From assembly GCA_046306055.1 (NCBI GenBank), contig JBKDXR010000058.1, forward strand, positions 110,792 to 174,791: a stretch of DNA of 64,000 nucleotides, written 5' to 3'. Of the stretch, positions 38,711-47,861 are shown in pieces. This DNA comes from Flavobacteriales bacterium (GTDB lineage: Bacteria; Bacteroidota; Bacteroidia; Flavobacteriales_F; PHOS-HE28). How positions within the stretch are numbered: position 1 is the stretch's first letter; every line of letters starts with the position of its first letter. The notes below the pieces were generated by a model. It ran no database searches and was not told the DNA's origin. It saw nothing but the letters and a program-made list of their open reading frames with translations. Made by a program: the position numbers and the translations under genes.

Positions 38711-39220
38711 ATGAACCAGCACAAGCTCCCCACCCGTTCGGCCGCGATGTTGGTTGCATGTATCGCTCTATGCTCCACGGCCATGGCCAAGGCCCCGGCA
38801 AGCGCCGACCAGGAGTCCGTGGTACTTACGGGTTGGCAGCACGTAGAGGACCACAGCTTTAGTGGTGCCACCGTTGCCGTAAAGGTGAACGGCGCCATTC
38901 GCGATGCCGTGGTGTCCGAGACCGGGCGCTTCACTGTTACGCTGCCCGCCGGAACCAAGGCCCTGCTGCGCTTCGAGATGCCCGGCCACCTGACCAAGGA
39001 AGTGGTGGTGGATACCCACTTCGCCACGTTGGGCGATCCCGGTCAGCGGGTGCGCCGTGTTCGCTTCGCCGTTGTACTGGAACTGGAACGCCACATGGCC
39101 GGTTTCCGCTATCTAGGCCCTGTGGGCTCCATTGGCTTCGATCAGGGAGGCGGCTGCCTCGCCATAGCCCGAGATCGCAAGCTGGTACCCGCCAGGCGCC
39201 AGGCCACCATGGTGTTCTGA
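38711..39220 (+). CDS. Hypothetical secreted protein with CarboxypepD_reg-like N-domain
   Basis: Signal peptide. The N-domain is paralogous to the N-domain of 55894..57105 (FEMPGHLTKEVVVD vs FEKPGFVAKKLSFN; FAVVLELERHMAGFRYLGPVGSIGFD vs FEFAVSLFKQYDDINIVVFNQPVGVIRYESGLGDFD). Confidence 0.5.
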   Translation: MNQHKLPTRSAAMLVACIALCSTAMAKAPASADQESVVLTGWQHVEDHSFSGATVAVKVNGAIRDAVVSETGRFTVTLPAGTKALLRFEMPGHLTKEVVVDTHFATLGDPGQRVRRVRFAVVLELERHMAGFRYLGPVGSIGFDQGGGCLAIARDRKLVPARRQATMVF

Positions 39221-39321
39221 GCATTCTGGTGGATAGCCCTTCAAGCGCAAGGCCCCTGTGGACAGGTTGTTCCGCAGGGGCTTTGTGTAATGGGCCTTGT
39301 CCACAGATTATCTTCGGAGTA

Positions 39322-40494
39322 ATGGTCGCCTTTCAGTTCCGATGGTTCACATGCCTGTTCTTGCTGATGACGGTGTTGCCCAGCGCGGCACAGACCACGC
39401 CTGCCACCGTGGTGTATGGCAAGGTGCGCCAGGTCTCTGTGGCACACAACGGTTCCATTTGGCTCACCACGAGCACGGGTAACATTTACCATACTGCATC
39501 GGTGGATTCCTTTTGGCAAAAGGGCCTGCAGACCAACCCCGTGTCGGACTACTCCGGGCTTTCCACCAGTTTCGATCGTATCCTTTTCTTCTCCAGCGAC
39601 ACGGCCGTGCTGTTCGGCAATATCCGCTGCGGTTCCGATACTTATGAGCGCAACTGCATCCGCCGCACCGCCGATGGTGGCCGTAGCTGGTTCGTGGTGC
39701 GGTTCGGCAAGGAAGGGGCCTGGGTGCGCCACGGACAGCTGCTTGCCGGTGGCGTGGGCTACATCTCCGCATCCAACGGACGCATCTACCGCACCTCCGA
39801 TCACGGGGATACGTGGGTGACGCTGCCGAACATCTTCGGAAAGGAGCGCGAGGCCTATTACCGTGCGCCCGACCTCTGGTCGTTCCACTTCGCCGATACA
39901 AGCACGGCGATCGCCACCAACCGAAGCAACCATCTGGCCATCACCATCAATGGCTTCGCCTCCGCGCAGCGCATTGCCACACCGCTGGATCAAGGCCTGT
40001 TCCAGCGCGTGTACAAGCCCTACTACCTCAACGGCAAGGGCCGGAAATACGTGGACAATTGGAATATTGACAAGGTCCGGATCTTCGGCGATCACCTGTT
40101 GGTCCTCCAGAACGGACGCATGTACCATACGCGGCGCGATGTCATTGCCTGGAAAGCCGGTTCTGCTGATGTGCTCGACTTTGAGGTGGATGACGCATCG
40201 GGCAGGCTTTTCGCCATTACCGCTGACCAAGGGGTGGGGGAGTTCGCTGCTGATCTGAGCTTCACTTCCTGGGGACAGGTGAACACGGGGGTGCGGCCGC
40301 TGAACATCAGGGTGCAGCGCGATGTGGTATACCTTCTTTACGCTACTTACCTGGACGAGGTGGGCACCGATGTGGTGCGCGAACATGTGGCCGGTCTCGC
40401 AGTCACTGAGAAGAACCACAAGCGCGTTGGCGGCTACCATGTGTTCCGTGCCACACCGGAAGAGATCCGCTACACGACCGTGAGATCTCATTAG
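39322..40494 (+). CDS. BNR-repeat (Ycf48/sortilin-like) beta-propeller secreted protein
   Basis: Signal peptide MVAFQFRWFTCLFLLMTVLPSAAQ. BNR motifs TADGGRSW and TSDHGDTW. Confidence 0.6.
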   Translation: MVAFQFRWFTCLFLLMTVLPSAAQTTPATVVYGKVRQVSVAHNGSIWLTTSTGNIYHTASVDSFWQKGLQTNPVSDYSGLSTSFDRILFFSSDTAVLFGNIRCGSDTYERNCIRRTADGGRSWFVVRFGKEGAWVRHGQLLAGGVGYISASNGRIYRTSDHGDTWVTLPNIFGKEREAYYRAPDLWSFHFADTSTAIATNRSNHLAITINGFASAQRIATPLDQGLFQRVYKPYYLNGKGRKYVDNWNIDKVRIFGDHLLVLQNGRMYHTRRDVIAWKAGSADVLDFEVDDASGRLFAITADQGVGEFAADLSFTSWGQVNTGVRPLNIRVQRDVVYLLYATYLDEVGTDVVREHVAGLAVTEKNHKRVGGYHVFRATPEEIRYTTVRSH

Positions 40495-40519
40495 GTCCAG
40501 CAGCACGGTCGCTACGTGC

Positions 40520-40687
40520 TCAGCGGCTGTACACCTGCCCGCTCCCCAGGTCCGTAACGCTGGCACGCCGTCCTTCCACCACCACGAACAGTCGCGGCAC
40601 GAAGTTCCTGGCAACGCCAATGGGGTAGGCCTTGAAGATATCGTCGTGCCGCTCCTGGTCCACGCACACCAGCGAGCGCAAAGTCAT
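40520..40687 (-). CDS. Small hypothetical protein (55 aa), below the ORF-track size cutoff
   Basis: ATG...TGA reading MTLRSLVCVDQERHDDIFKAYPIGVARNFVPRLFVVVEGRRASVTDLGSGQVYSR, with GC3-rich codon usage like neighbouring genes. Confidence 0.3.
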   Translation of the reverse strand: MTLRSLVCVDQERHDDIFKAYPIGVARNFVPRLFVVVEGRRASVTDLGSGQVYSR

Positions 40688-40808
40688 TTAGGCGACCCTG
40701 CTGGAGGGAGGTTGCCGAATACGGTCAGGTCGCCTTGTCGCAACGCCAAGCGCCATGGATCCCAGCAGTGATCGGCTGAAATAAGTTGGGCCTCACGCCT
40801 AAAGCAGC

Positions 40809-40834
40809 AACGGCCGGCCGCTCGGCCGACCGTT
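40809..40834 (-). terminator. GC-rich hairpin downstream of the Zn-peptidase gene
   Basis: AACGGCCGGCCGCTCGGCCGACCGTT, a 10-bp stem with 1 mismatch, ~22 nt after the stop codon. No strong U-tract. Confidence 0.4.
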
Positions 40835-40855
40835 CTGCAATTGAAGGAATCCCGC

Positions 40856-41554
40856 TCAATCCCTACGGTTCATGTAGATCATGATGTAGTAGAGCAGGGT
40901 GCCAACGGAGCCAATGGCGGCCACCAGGTAGGTGCGGGCGGCCCACTTGAGGGCATCGGCGCTCAGCTCGTGCTCGCCGCTGGTGACCACGCCGGTGCGT
41001 TCCATCCACGCCAGGGCGCGGTTGCTGGCATCGTATTCCACAGGCAGGGTGATGATGCTGAAGAGGGTGGTGAGGGCGAAAAGCACGATACCGAACAGCA
41101 GCAGTCCGGTGCCGAAGGAGTTGACGATCAGGATCCCGCCCAGCAGCACCCATTGGATCCATTGCGAGGCTACGCTGACCACGGGCACCAGCTTGCTGCG
41201 CATCTCCAGCCAACTGTAGGCGGTGGCGTGCTGCACGGCATGGCCCACCTCGTGCGCGGCCACGGCGGCGGCAGCGGCGTTGCGGGCGTGATACACCGGC
41301 TCGCTCAGGTTCACCGTGCGGGTGGCGGGATTGTAGTGGTCCGTAAGCTGCCCTGGCACGCTGATCACCTGCACGTTGGTGATGCCGTGGTCGCGGAGCA
41401 TGCGCTCGGCCACCTCGCGGCCACTGAGGCCGTTGCGCAGGGGGGTGCGGGAGTATTTCTCAAAACGGCTGCGGAGCTGCTGCCCCACCAGCCAGCTCAC
41501 GAGCATGATCACGGCGCCGATCAGATATGCGCCCATCATCGGGTTGCCTTCCAT
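40856..41554 (-). CDS. Membrane zinc metallopeptidase (YugP / Zn_peptidase_2 family)
   Basis: HEVGHAVQH (HExxH) in the characteristic position, with TM helices at both ends. Confidence 0.8.
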   Translation of the reverse strand: MEGNPMMGAYLIGAVIMLVSWLVGQQLRSRFEKYSRTPLRNGLSGREVAERMLRDHGITNVQVISVPGQLTDHYNPATRTVNLSEPVYHARNAAAAAVAAHEVGHAVQHATAYSWLEMRSKLVPVVSVASQWIQWVLLGGILIVNSFGTGLLLFGIVLFALTTLFSIITLPVEYDASNRALAWMERTGVVTSGEHELSADALKWAARTYLVAAIGSVGTLLYYIMIYMNRRD

Positions 41555-41680
41555 GGTCTGTTGTTCGTTGTCCTTAAGTGAACAACGCTCCCTTCAGATC
41601 GTGCGCCGAACATACGAGGGTGCCAAAACGACAGCAGGGGACCCCAAGGTCCCCTGCCTTTAGTAGAATGTGGTGCGGGA

Positions 41681-42256
41681 TCATTCTCCGGCCGCCTCGG
41701 CCTTCTTGATCTCCATGTCCAGGATCTCGTCCATGAGCTTCAGTTCCTGTTCGCTCACCTTGGCATCGGTGCGCGCCTGCTTCTTCATGAAGCGGAACAT
41801 GGCGTTCTTCTTGATCTCGTAGGCCACGTACACGGTGTACTCCTTGGTGGTCTCGTTGAAGTAGGTCTCCTCGCCGATCTTGCGCAGGTCGGCCAGTTCG
41901 GTGTTCATCACCTCACGCACCAGGCTCTGGAACTTGTCTGCCACATCGGCGGCGCGGGCGTTCTCGGTCTGGCCCAGGTACTGGTCGGTAACGGCGCGCA
42001 TGTTGGTGCCCACCTGTGCGGCCACCTGGTTCTTGGCGTCGATATCGGCCTTGCCGCGGGCAATGTTCTGCTTTACGCTGGAGCCCTGCCCCGTGCCGCG
42101 GAACCAGGCGGCGTTGCTCTCGTACTTGCCGCCGCTGAAGGGTTGCTTCACCTTGGTGCCGGCAGGGTTGCTGTTGGTCTTGCACGCAGGCATGGCCAGG
42201 GCCATCAGGGCCAGGAGGATGACCGGAAGGGTCCGGCCCATACGCAGGGTGATCAT
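41681..42256 (-). CDS. LPP20-like lipoprotein
   Basis: Lipobox LALMALAMPACKT. Coiled/alpha-rich, ~190 aa. Confidence 0.5.
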   Translation of the reverse strand: MITLRMGRTLPVILLALMALAMPACKTNSNPAGTKVKQPFSGGKYESNAAWFRGTGQGSSVKQNIARGKADIDAKNQVAAQVGTNMRAVTDQYLGQTENARAADVADKFQSLVREVMNTELADLRKIGEETYFNETTKEYTVYVAYEIKKNAMFRFMKKQARTDAKVSEQELKLMDEILDMEIKKAEAAGE

Positions 42257-42391
42257 GGTGGTTGGAATGGTTCGCTGCCGACAAAGAAAACACCGTGCCA
42301 CGCTATGATCGTGATGGACGGTTGGGTACGGCGCGGGTCGTTGGGGGTTATTTCGGGACCAAAGCCCCATCTTTCGTGCAAATACAAGACC

Positions 42392-43432
42392 ATGCGTGCC
42401 CTCAAGACCCTGCTGATCATCCTGTTATCCCTTCTAGCCCTGCTCGTGGTGCTGGGGCTGATGGGCCCTTCCACCTACCGGGTGGAGCGTTCCACGGTGG
42501 TGGCTGCGCCGCCCGAGGTGGTGTATGGGTATGTGAGCCGATTGGAGAGCATGAAGCAGTGGGGCCCCTGGCAGGAAATGGACAAGGACCAGGTGCAAAG
42601 CCTGGAAGGCACCGACGGCACCGTGGGCGCTGTATGGAAGTGGGAGGGCGATACCGTGGGCAAGGGCAGTCAGACCATCATGTCCTTGGAACCGAACAGG
42701 TCCGTGCGCTGCAAGCTGCACTTCGTGGAACCCTTCGAGTCCATCAGCACCGCCACTTACGACCTGCAGGCCGTGGGCGACAGCACCATGGTGACCTGGG
42801 GCATGGAAGGGGAGAACGGTTTCATGGGCAAGGTGATGGGCGTGTTCATGGACATGGACAAAATGATCGGTCCCGACTTCGAAAAAGGTCTCGCCAATCT
42901 GAAGGGCCTGGCCGAGAAAGAGCAGGCGGACAAAGCGGCCGCAGTGGCCGGGAAGACCTTCGGGGGATATGTGATCGAGACCATCGAGCGCCCCGAAATG
43001 GTGTATGTGGGTAAGCGGAGCAAGGTGAAGTTCAGCGAGTTGGAGAAGTTCTATGGCAGCAGTTTCGGTGCCGCCGGTGCGGCCATCGGCACGGCCGGGC
43101 TCAACATGGCCGGCGCGCCCAGCGGGGTGTACTTCCAGTGGGATGAGAAGGCCCAGGTGGCCGACCTGTTCGCCGGCATGCCCGTGGTGGCCCCAGCCGA
43201 TGTGAAGCTACCCGGCATGGAGGTGTACACGGTGCCTGCCTCGAAGATGCTGCACATTGCCTACTACGGATCTTACGATGGCTCCATGCGCGCCCACATG
43301 GCCATGGACGAGATGATCCAGGCCAAGGGCTTTACGCACTACGGCAACGTGATCGAAGAGTTCATCACCGACCCCATGGCCGAGCCCGATACGACCAAGT
43401 GGCTCACGAACATCTACTACATGATCAAGTGA
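42392..43432 (+). CDS. SRPBCC (Bet v1/AHSA1-like) domain fused to a GyrI-like small-molecule-binding domain
   Basis: N-terminal TM anchor, then an SRPBCC region (STYRVERSTVVAAPPEVVYGYVS...WKWEGDTVGKGSQTI) and a C-terminal GyrI-like half (YVIETIERPEMVYVGKR...HIAYYGSYDGSMRAH...NIYYMIK). Confidence 0.6.
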   Translation: MRALKTLLIILLSLLALLVVLGLMGPSTYRVERSTVVAAPPEVVYGYVSRLESMKQWGPWQEMDKDQVQSLEGTDGTVGAVWKWEGDTVGKGSQTIMSLEPNRSVRCKLHFVEPFESISTATYDLQAVGDSTMVTWGMEGENGFMGKVMGVFMDMDKMIGPDFEKGLANLKGLAEKEQADKAAAVAGKTFGGYVIETIERPEMVYVGKRSKVKFSELEKFYGSSFGAAGAAIGTAGLNMAGAPSGVYFQWDEKAQVADLFAGMPVVAPADVKLPGMEVYTVPASKMLHIAYYGSYDGSMRAHMAMDEMIQAKGFTHYGNVIEEFITDPMAEPDTTKWLTNIYYMIK

Positions 43433-43569
43433 TCGGCAGATGGGGCGGGCCGTGCTGGGCTCAGCGGCCTTCAGTTCCTCGAAGGACGAGAATCGGCGAA
43501 GGGTGTTCATCGGTCCAGCGGTGCTCCGTGCCTCCAAGATACGGCAACGGCTGGCGGTCGAGTTAAACG

Positions 43570-43746
43570 TCATTCCCGGCACGCCGCCCGCAGCTCCTCG
43601 AGCGTGCGGTAGTTGAGCGCGGGGATGTAGCCCGCTACGCCCGCGCGCATGCCCTCGGCCACCATGGCCACATTGCTCACCAGGAACATCGGTGCCATGA
43701 TCAAGGGGTGCTCCAGGTGGAGCATATCGGTGAGGCGGGTGCGCAT
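43570..43746 (-). pseudogene. Relic copy of the 5' end (first ~55 codons) of the NMO/FabK-like gene found at 1..602
   Basis: Reads MRTRLTDMLHLEHPLIMAPMFLVSNVAMVAEGMRAGVAGYIPALNYRTLEELRAACRE then TGA. About 88-90% nt identity to ~430-602, then unrelated sequence on both sides. Confidence 0.6.
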
Positions 43747-43817
43747 GGTGTAAAGGTCGTATACGAGCAGCCGATCCGCGATCGATCATGCTCGTGGACG
43801 GCGCATGACATGTAGGT

Positions 43818-44219
43818 TCAAGGGCACGGGATCAGCCGCAGTTCACGGCCACCGCCGAACTCCTCCGTAAGCCGGATGCACGCGCCCAGCTCTCCCTGGC
43901 GCAGATGCCGTGCCCTCGTTACGCAGTGTTCCGGTGGGTCCGGGTTCATGCGAAGGCCGCTGATGAGACCGGTGGGCTTTGCACAGGGGATGGGTCCGCA
44001 GAGCAGCACTGAGTCCATCCGGAGCGTCCGGGTGCTGTCTGGGGCGAGCCCACCGAGGCTCATGCCGGCAAAGGTGAAGGCATCGATGCGGTGGCCTGTA
44101 TTATTGGTGAAGCGCAGGTCCACCTGGGCGAGGGCATGCATGGCCGGGAAGATCAGGCCCAGCATCAACAGCGTGCGCCGTGCACCGCTCGCTGCACGGT
44201 CAGGGATGGCGTTGATCAT
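43818..44219 (-). CDS. Hypothetical small secreted protein
   Basis: Signal peptide LLMLGLIFPAMHALAQ. The start is chosen at an internal Met. Confidence 0.35.
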   Translation of the reverse strand: MINAIPDRAASGARRTLLMLGLIFPAMHALAQVDLRFTNNTGHRIDAFTFAGMSLGGLAPDSTRTLRMDSVLLCGPIPCAKPTGLISGLRMNPDPPEHCVTRARHLRQGELGACIRLTEEFGGGRELRLIPCP

Positions 44220-45003
44220 CGGGTGTCGGACTTGGGTGTTGAAGACCCCGGGCCCAATGGTGGACGACAAGGTACCAGCGTTGCGTGGTATCGTTCACTG
44301 GTCCGTTATTCGTGCGCACAACGCCCAGGGCAGCGGTCTTCCGGCGGTTGCGTAGCACGCGCCGCACGTCCACGGTGAGCTCGGTCTCCGGCGCGGCGAA
44401 CCGCTCGCCCACGCTGTAGCTGCCCAGCCGCACGGTGTCGCCGGGGGCCAGGGTGTGCTCGCTGTCCTTCAGCGCGGGGGAGGGCCGCAGAACCTTCACG
44501 TTGGCCTTGCCGGCCTGCCGCGTGGCGTTCACCAGGAAGACCTCGTTGGTGAAGAGCTTCTGGCAGTGGGCCAGCACGGGTTCATCCGGCCCCGTGTGGA
44601 AGCGCAGCGTGGTGAGGTCCTCGTGGCTCTGCTGCCAGAAGCCGGTCTGGTTGCCCTGCTCATCGAAGGTGGTGGTGCTGCGGTACCATTGGATGCCGGC
44701 ATCGGGCGCATCGCTTGCTTCGGCCTTGCTCACCGCGCCATTGGGGTGGTAGCTGAAGTTGACACTGGCATGCCCACCGATGCGCCGGGTGCCGTAGCGG
44801 AAGATCTCCTTGCCGCTGCGGTCGTACGCCGTGGTGAGTCCGAAGCGCTCGTCGGTGTCCATCCATTCCTTGGTGCTCACGCCGCCGTTCCTGAATTGGT
44901 GCAACACCACCAGCCCGCTATCCGTGCGCAGTTCCATGCGACCGATCTGGGCGGAAAGCGTGAGCGTGCTCAGTGCGACGAAAAGGGTGGTGGAGAGGCG
45001 CAT
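44200..45003 (-). CDS. Hypothetical secreted protein, paralog A of a tandem pair
   Basis: Signal peptide [19 protein letters not shown]. Shares [13 protein letters not shown] / DTVRLGSY and overall ~40% identity with 45371..46237. Confidence 0.55.
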   Translation of the reverse strand: MRLSTTLFVALSTLTLSAQIGRMELRTDSGLVVLHQFRNGGVSTKEWMDTDERFGLTTAYDRSGKEIFRYGTRRIGGHASVNFSYHPNGAVSKAEASDAPDAGIQWYRSTTTFDEQGNQTGFWQQSHEDLTTLRFHTGPDEPVLAHCQKLFTNEVFLVNATRQAGKANVKVLRPSPALKDSEHTLAPGDTVRLGSYSVGERFAAPETELTVDVRRVLRNRRKTAALGVVRTNNGPVNDTTQRWYLVVHHWARGLQHPSPTPDDQRHP

Positions 45004-45076
45004 GGCCGGGCAAAGCCAAAGATCAGGCCAAGGCTTCGCGTCTTCGCGGTCCCTGCGGTCCGGCAGGTCGAACCAG

Positions 45077-45196
45077 ATGGCTAAAAAGATCCAGAAGCTG
45101 CTCGTCGCCAACCGTGGCGAGATCGCCCTGCGCGTGATGCGCTCCGCCCGCGGGATGGGCATCAGCACCATGTCGGTCTTTTCCGAAGCCGACCGC
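45077..45196 (+). pseudogene. Relic copy of the first ~40 codons of accC (biotin carboxylase)
   Basis: [40 protein letters not shown] versus the genuine acc[42 protein letters not shown]; the sequence diverges afterwards. About 25 nt of upstream leader is also copied. Confidence 0.6.
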
Positions 45197-45370
45197 CACG
45201 CCGACCAGTTGTCGGCATGGAACACCGCTGGCAGGTCCGTGGTGCTTTTCACGCGCTGCAGCGCCCGCCAACGCCCGTATGCGGCGGCGATGCCGGTGGC
45301 CAGGGCGATCAGGTGGAAGGTGGCGAAAAGGTAACGGACCATCATTGGCCTCAAGGGAAGGTATTGGGGC

Positions 45371-46237
45371 TCAGCCCCAGATCATCCACCACTTTGATCC
45401 GCCCCGGGGCAACGGTGTGATGCCGTCCTCGCGCTTGAACTGGTCGTTGCGGCCTTTCTTCCAGCCTGTGATCCGGATCACGTATCGAACGTGCTCTGGA
45501 CCCACCATTTCCGCGTCCGTTCGGGTCTCCGGCACGCGCCTCTTTTTCGCGTCAGGGCCGACCTGCTCGATGAAGAAGGTGAGTTGGCGGTCGGGTGGCA
45601 CGAACGCCTCGTAGTACGCATAGGTCCCCAAACGCACCGTGTCGCTCGGGTCAAGGAAATGGGTGCCACGCGGCAGGGTGGGATGCTCGTACACCGGGCT
45701 CACCACCGCTCGACAGGCCTGGTCCGTTCCGTTCACCAGGAACACCTCGCTCACGTACAGCTTCTGGCATTCCGCGATCGGCCGCTCCGGATGCCACACC
45801 TCGCCAGGGCCTGGGCGCAAGGCGCTGTCGGGGTGTGATAGGAGGTCAGCCTCCTTGTTCCCACGCTCGACGAAGCGGTTCCGGTTCCCCTCCGGGTCGA
45901 AGCCGGTGTAGCTGCGGTACCACGGGCCACTTCCTTCGGGGGCCGTGCTGTACTCCACGGCGGCCACGGAGCCGCTGGCGTGGTAGGAGAAACGTACGCC
46001 GAGATGGCCGGGGATGCGGCGGGTCCGGTGCGCCACCAGCACGGTCCCGTCGCGTTTGAACGCCCAACTCCGGTCCCAGGCCTTGTCCTTGTCCGTCCAG
46101 TCCAGTGTGCTCAACTCCCCCGTGGAGAAGAAATACAGCCGGACCTGTCCGCTGTCGGTCTGGAGCGTGCAGGTCCGTACCTGCGCAAGGAGGAGCGGGG
46201 CAACGGCAACGAGCAGGAGGCTGATCAGCGCGCGCAT
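45371..46237 (-). CDS. Hypothetical secreted protein, paralog B of a tandem pair
   Basis: Signal peptide MRALISLLLVAVAPLLLAQ. Homologous to 44200..45003. Divergent to accC, 63 nt between the two start codons. Confidence 0.55.
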   Translation of the reverse strand: MRALISLLLVAVAPLLLAQVRTCTLQTDSGQVRLYFFSTGELSTLDWTDKDKAWDRSWAFKRDGTVLVAHRTRRIPGHLGVRFSYHASGSVAAVEYSTAPEGSGPWYRSYTGFDPEGNRNRFVERGNKEADLLSHPDSALRPGPGEVWHPERPIAECQKLYVSEVFLVNGTDQACRAVVSPVYEHPTLPRGTHFLDPSDTVRLGTYAYYEAFVPPDRQLTFFIEQVGPDAKKRRVPETRTDAEMVGPEHVRYVIRITGWKKGRNDQFKREDGITPLPRGGSKWWMIWG

Positions 46238-46300
46238 CAGCGTGAATAGTGTCAAAGATCAGGCCAAGCCTTCGCATCTTCGCACTCCCTGAACAGGACC

Positions 46301-47797
46301 ATGGCCAACAAGAAGATCCAGAAACTACTCGTCGCCAACCGTGGCGAGATCGCCCTGCGCGTGATGCGCTCCGCCCGCGAGATGGGCATCAGCACCGTGG
46401 CGGTCTATTCCGAAGCCGACCGCAACGCACCCTTCGTACGCTTCGCCGATGAGGCCGTGTGCATCGGGCCTGCCGCCAGCAAGGAGAGCTACCTGGTGAT
46501 CGACAAGATCGTCAAGGTCTGCACCGATCTGAAGGTGGATGCCGTGCATCCCGGTTACGGCTTCCTCAGCGAGAACGGCGACTTCTGCCGTGCGCTGGAG
46601 AAGGCGGGCGTCACCTTCGTTGGTCCTTCGCCCCACGCCATGAAGGTGATGGGCGACAAGCTGGCCGCCAAGGAGGCCGTGAAAGGCCATGGCGTTCCGC
46701 TGGTGCCCGGTACCGAGGGTGCCGTGAGCAGTTTGGAAGAGGCCATGGCCGTGGCCAGGACCATCACCTTCCCGATCCTGATCAAGGCCGCGGCCGGTGG
46801 TGGTGGCAAGGGCATGCGCATCGTGGAGCGCGAGAGCGAACTGAAGGAAGGCCTGGAGCGCGCCATCAGCGAAGCACAGAACGCGTTCGGCGATGGCAGT
46901 GTGTTCATCGAGAAGTACGTGACCGGTCCGCGACACATTGAGGTGCAGATCATGGCCGACACGCACGGCAACACCTGCTACCTGTTCGAGCGGGAGTGCA
47001 GCGTGCAGCGCCGTCACCAGAAAGTGGTGGAGGAGGCCCCGAGCGCCGTGCTCACCCCCGAGCTGCGCAAGCGAATGGGCGAGGCTGCCGTGGCCGTGGC
47101 CCGCAGCGTCGACTACACCGGCGCCGGCACCGTGGAGTTCCTGCTCGACTCCAGCATGGAGTTCTACTTCATGGAGATGAACACCCGCCTGCAGGTGGAG
47201 CACCCGGTCACCGAGATGATCACCGGGCTGGACCTGGTGAAGCTGCAGATCCGCATGGCCGAAGGGGAGAAGCTGCCCTTCACGCAGGATGACCTGAAGA
47301 TCAACGGCCACGCCATCGAGGTACGCGTGTATGCCGAGGACCCCGCCAACAACTTCCTGCCGGACATCGGCAGGCTCACAACCTACCGGCCCCCGCAAGG
47401 CCCGGGCGTGCGTGTGGACGATGGTTTCGAGGAGGGCATGGACATCCCCATCCACTACGACCCCATGATCGCCAAGCTGATCACCCATGGGGCCACCCGC
47501 GAAGAGGCCATCAACCGCATGGAGCGCGCCATCGACGATTACGCCATCAGCGGCGTGGAGACCACCTTGGGTTTCTGCCGCTTCACCATGGGGCACGAGG
47601 CGTTCCGTAGTGGCACGTACGACACCCATTTCGTGCGCGACCACTACCGGCCCGAGCTCCTCGATGGACAGGACCCCGAGGAAATGGCCGCTGCCGCGGC
47701 CGTGGCCGCAGGCCTGTTCGAGGGCCGGAACCAGCGACCTACGCTTACCGGGACCGGTGCCAGCGCAGTAAGTGCCTGGAAACTAAAGCGGCGCTGA
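46301..47797 (+). CDS. accC: Acetyl-CoA carboxylase biotin carboxylase subunit
   Basis: 498 aa. ATP-grasp biotin-carboxylase motifs throughout ([36 protein letters not shown]). Confidence 0.95.
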   Translation: MANKKIQKLLVANRGEIALRVMRSAREMGISTVAVYSEADRNAPFVRFADEAVCIGPAASKESYLVIDKIVKVCTDLKVDAVHPGYGFLSENGDFCRALEKAGVTFVGPSPHAMKVMGDKLAAKEAVKGHGVPLVPGTEGAVSSLEEAMAVARTITFPILIKAAAGGGGKGMRIVERESELKEGLERAISEAQNAFGDGSVFIEKYVTGPRHIEVQIMADTHGNTCYLFERECSVQRRHQKVVEEAPSAVLTPELRKRMGEAAVAVARSVDYTGAGTVEFLLDSSMEFYFMEMNTRLQVEHPVTEMITGLDLVKLQIRMAEGEKLPFTQDDLKINGHAIEVRVYAEDPANNFLPDIGRLTTYRPPQGPGVRVDDGFEEGMDIPIHYDPMIAKLITHGATREEAINRMERAIDDYAISGVETTLGFCRFTMGHEAFRSGTYDTHFVRDHYRPELLDGQDPEEMAAAAAVAAGLFEGRNQRPTLTGTGASAVSAWKLKRR

Positions 47798-47861
47798 TGC
47801 GTTGAAGGGAATAACGGCGCGCGATCGGCGTTGTACCTTCACGATCCCAGCGACCGTAGGA

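Noticed and set aside
44810-45334. ORF 44810..45334(+) as an intact gene.
   Set aside because: Only residues 90-129 resemble a real protein (the accC N-terminus). The rest is antisense to paralog A. It is interpreted as an accC 5' relic, not a functional CDS.
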